A stretch of 36,438 nucleotides of DNA from Sphaeroforma arctica JP610. Lineage: Eukaryota. Positions within the stretch are counted from its first letter, which is position 1. Every line of letters begins with the position of its first letter. The position numbers and the translations under genes are program-made. Under the pieces are notes generated by a model. It saw only the letters and a program-made list of their open reading frames with translations, was not told the origin of the DNA and searched no databases. Shown piece by piece: positions 36,301-36,438 of the stretch. The stretch covers positions 4,083 through 40,520 of the forward strand of contig NW_014040217.1 of assembly GCF_001186125.1 (NCBI RefSeq), read 5' to 3'.

Positions 36301-36438
36301 TACTGGATCATAGGGTGATGAAGACGGGAAGATACGAAAAGAAAAATTCAAAGCAACCAGGAATCTACGTGAAATTCGGAGATAATGGATAGGGTTTTGG
36401 CAACGTCCAAAACAAGAAGCAAAAAAGCTTCTTTTATA

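Overview
Eukaryotic genomic window (spliceosomal introns, two N gaps). There is one intact host gene: a 4-exon, 320-aa aquaporin on the minus strand (2442-4427) with an AQP1-like F/H/C/R filter. Most of the rest is transposon-derived: a candidate MITE, a nested stack of decayed Ty3/gypsy LTR retrotransposons (8.1-26.8 kb), a nearly intact APE+RT LINE (27.4-30.7 kb) with a second 3' fragment at 6.6-7.1 kb, and a hAT transposase pseudogene. The standout signal is hidden from the ORF track by stop codons. Three divergent gypsy-type pol sequences each carry a Dam-like N6-adenine DNA methyltransferase domain (DxFA-like motif ... NPPW) fused directly after RNase H. In two of them integrase sequence follows (full HHCC/DDE integrase plus chromodomain-like tail in A; HHCC finger in B). 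This domain is classically known from tyrosine-recombinase DIRS elements, not integrase-type LTR elements. Two related elements also share a non-canonical double zinc finger in Gag and a positionally conserved in-frame TGA between gag and pol (candidate stop readthrough). All translations and alignments were done by eye; no database searches were run.
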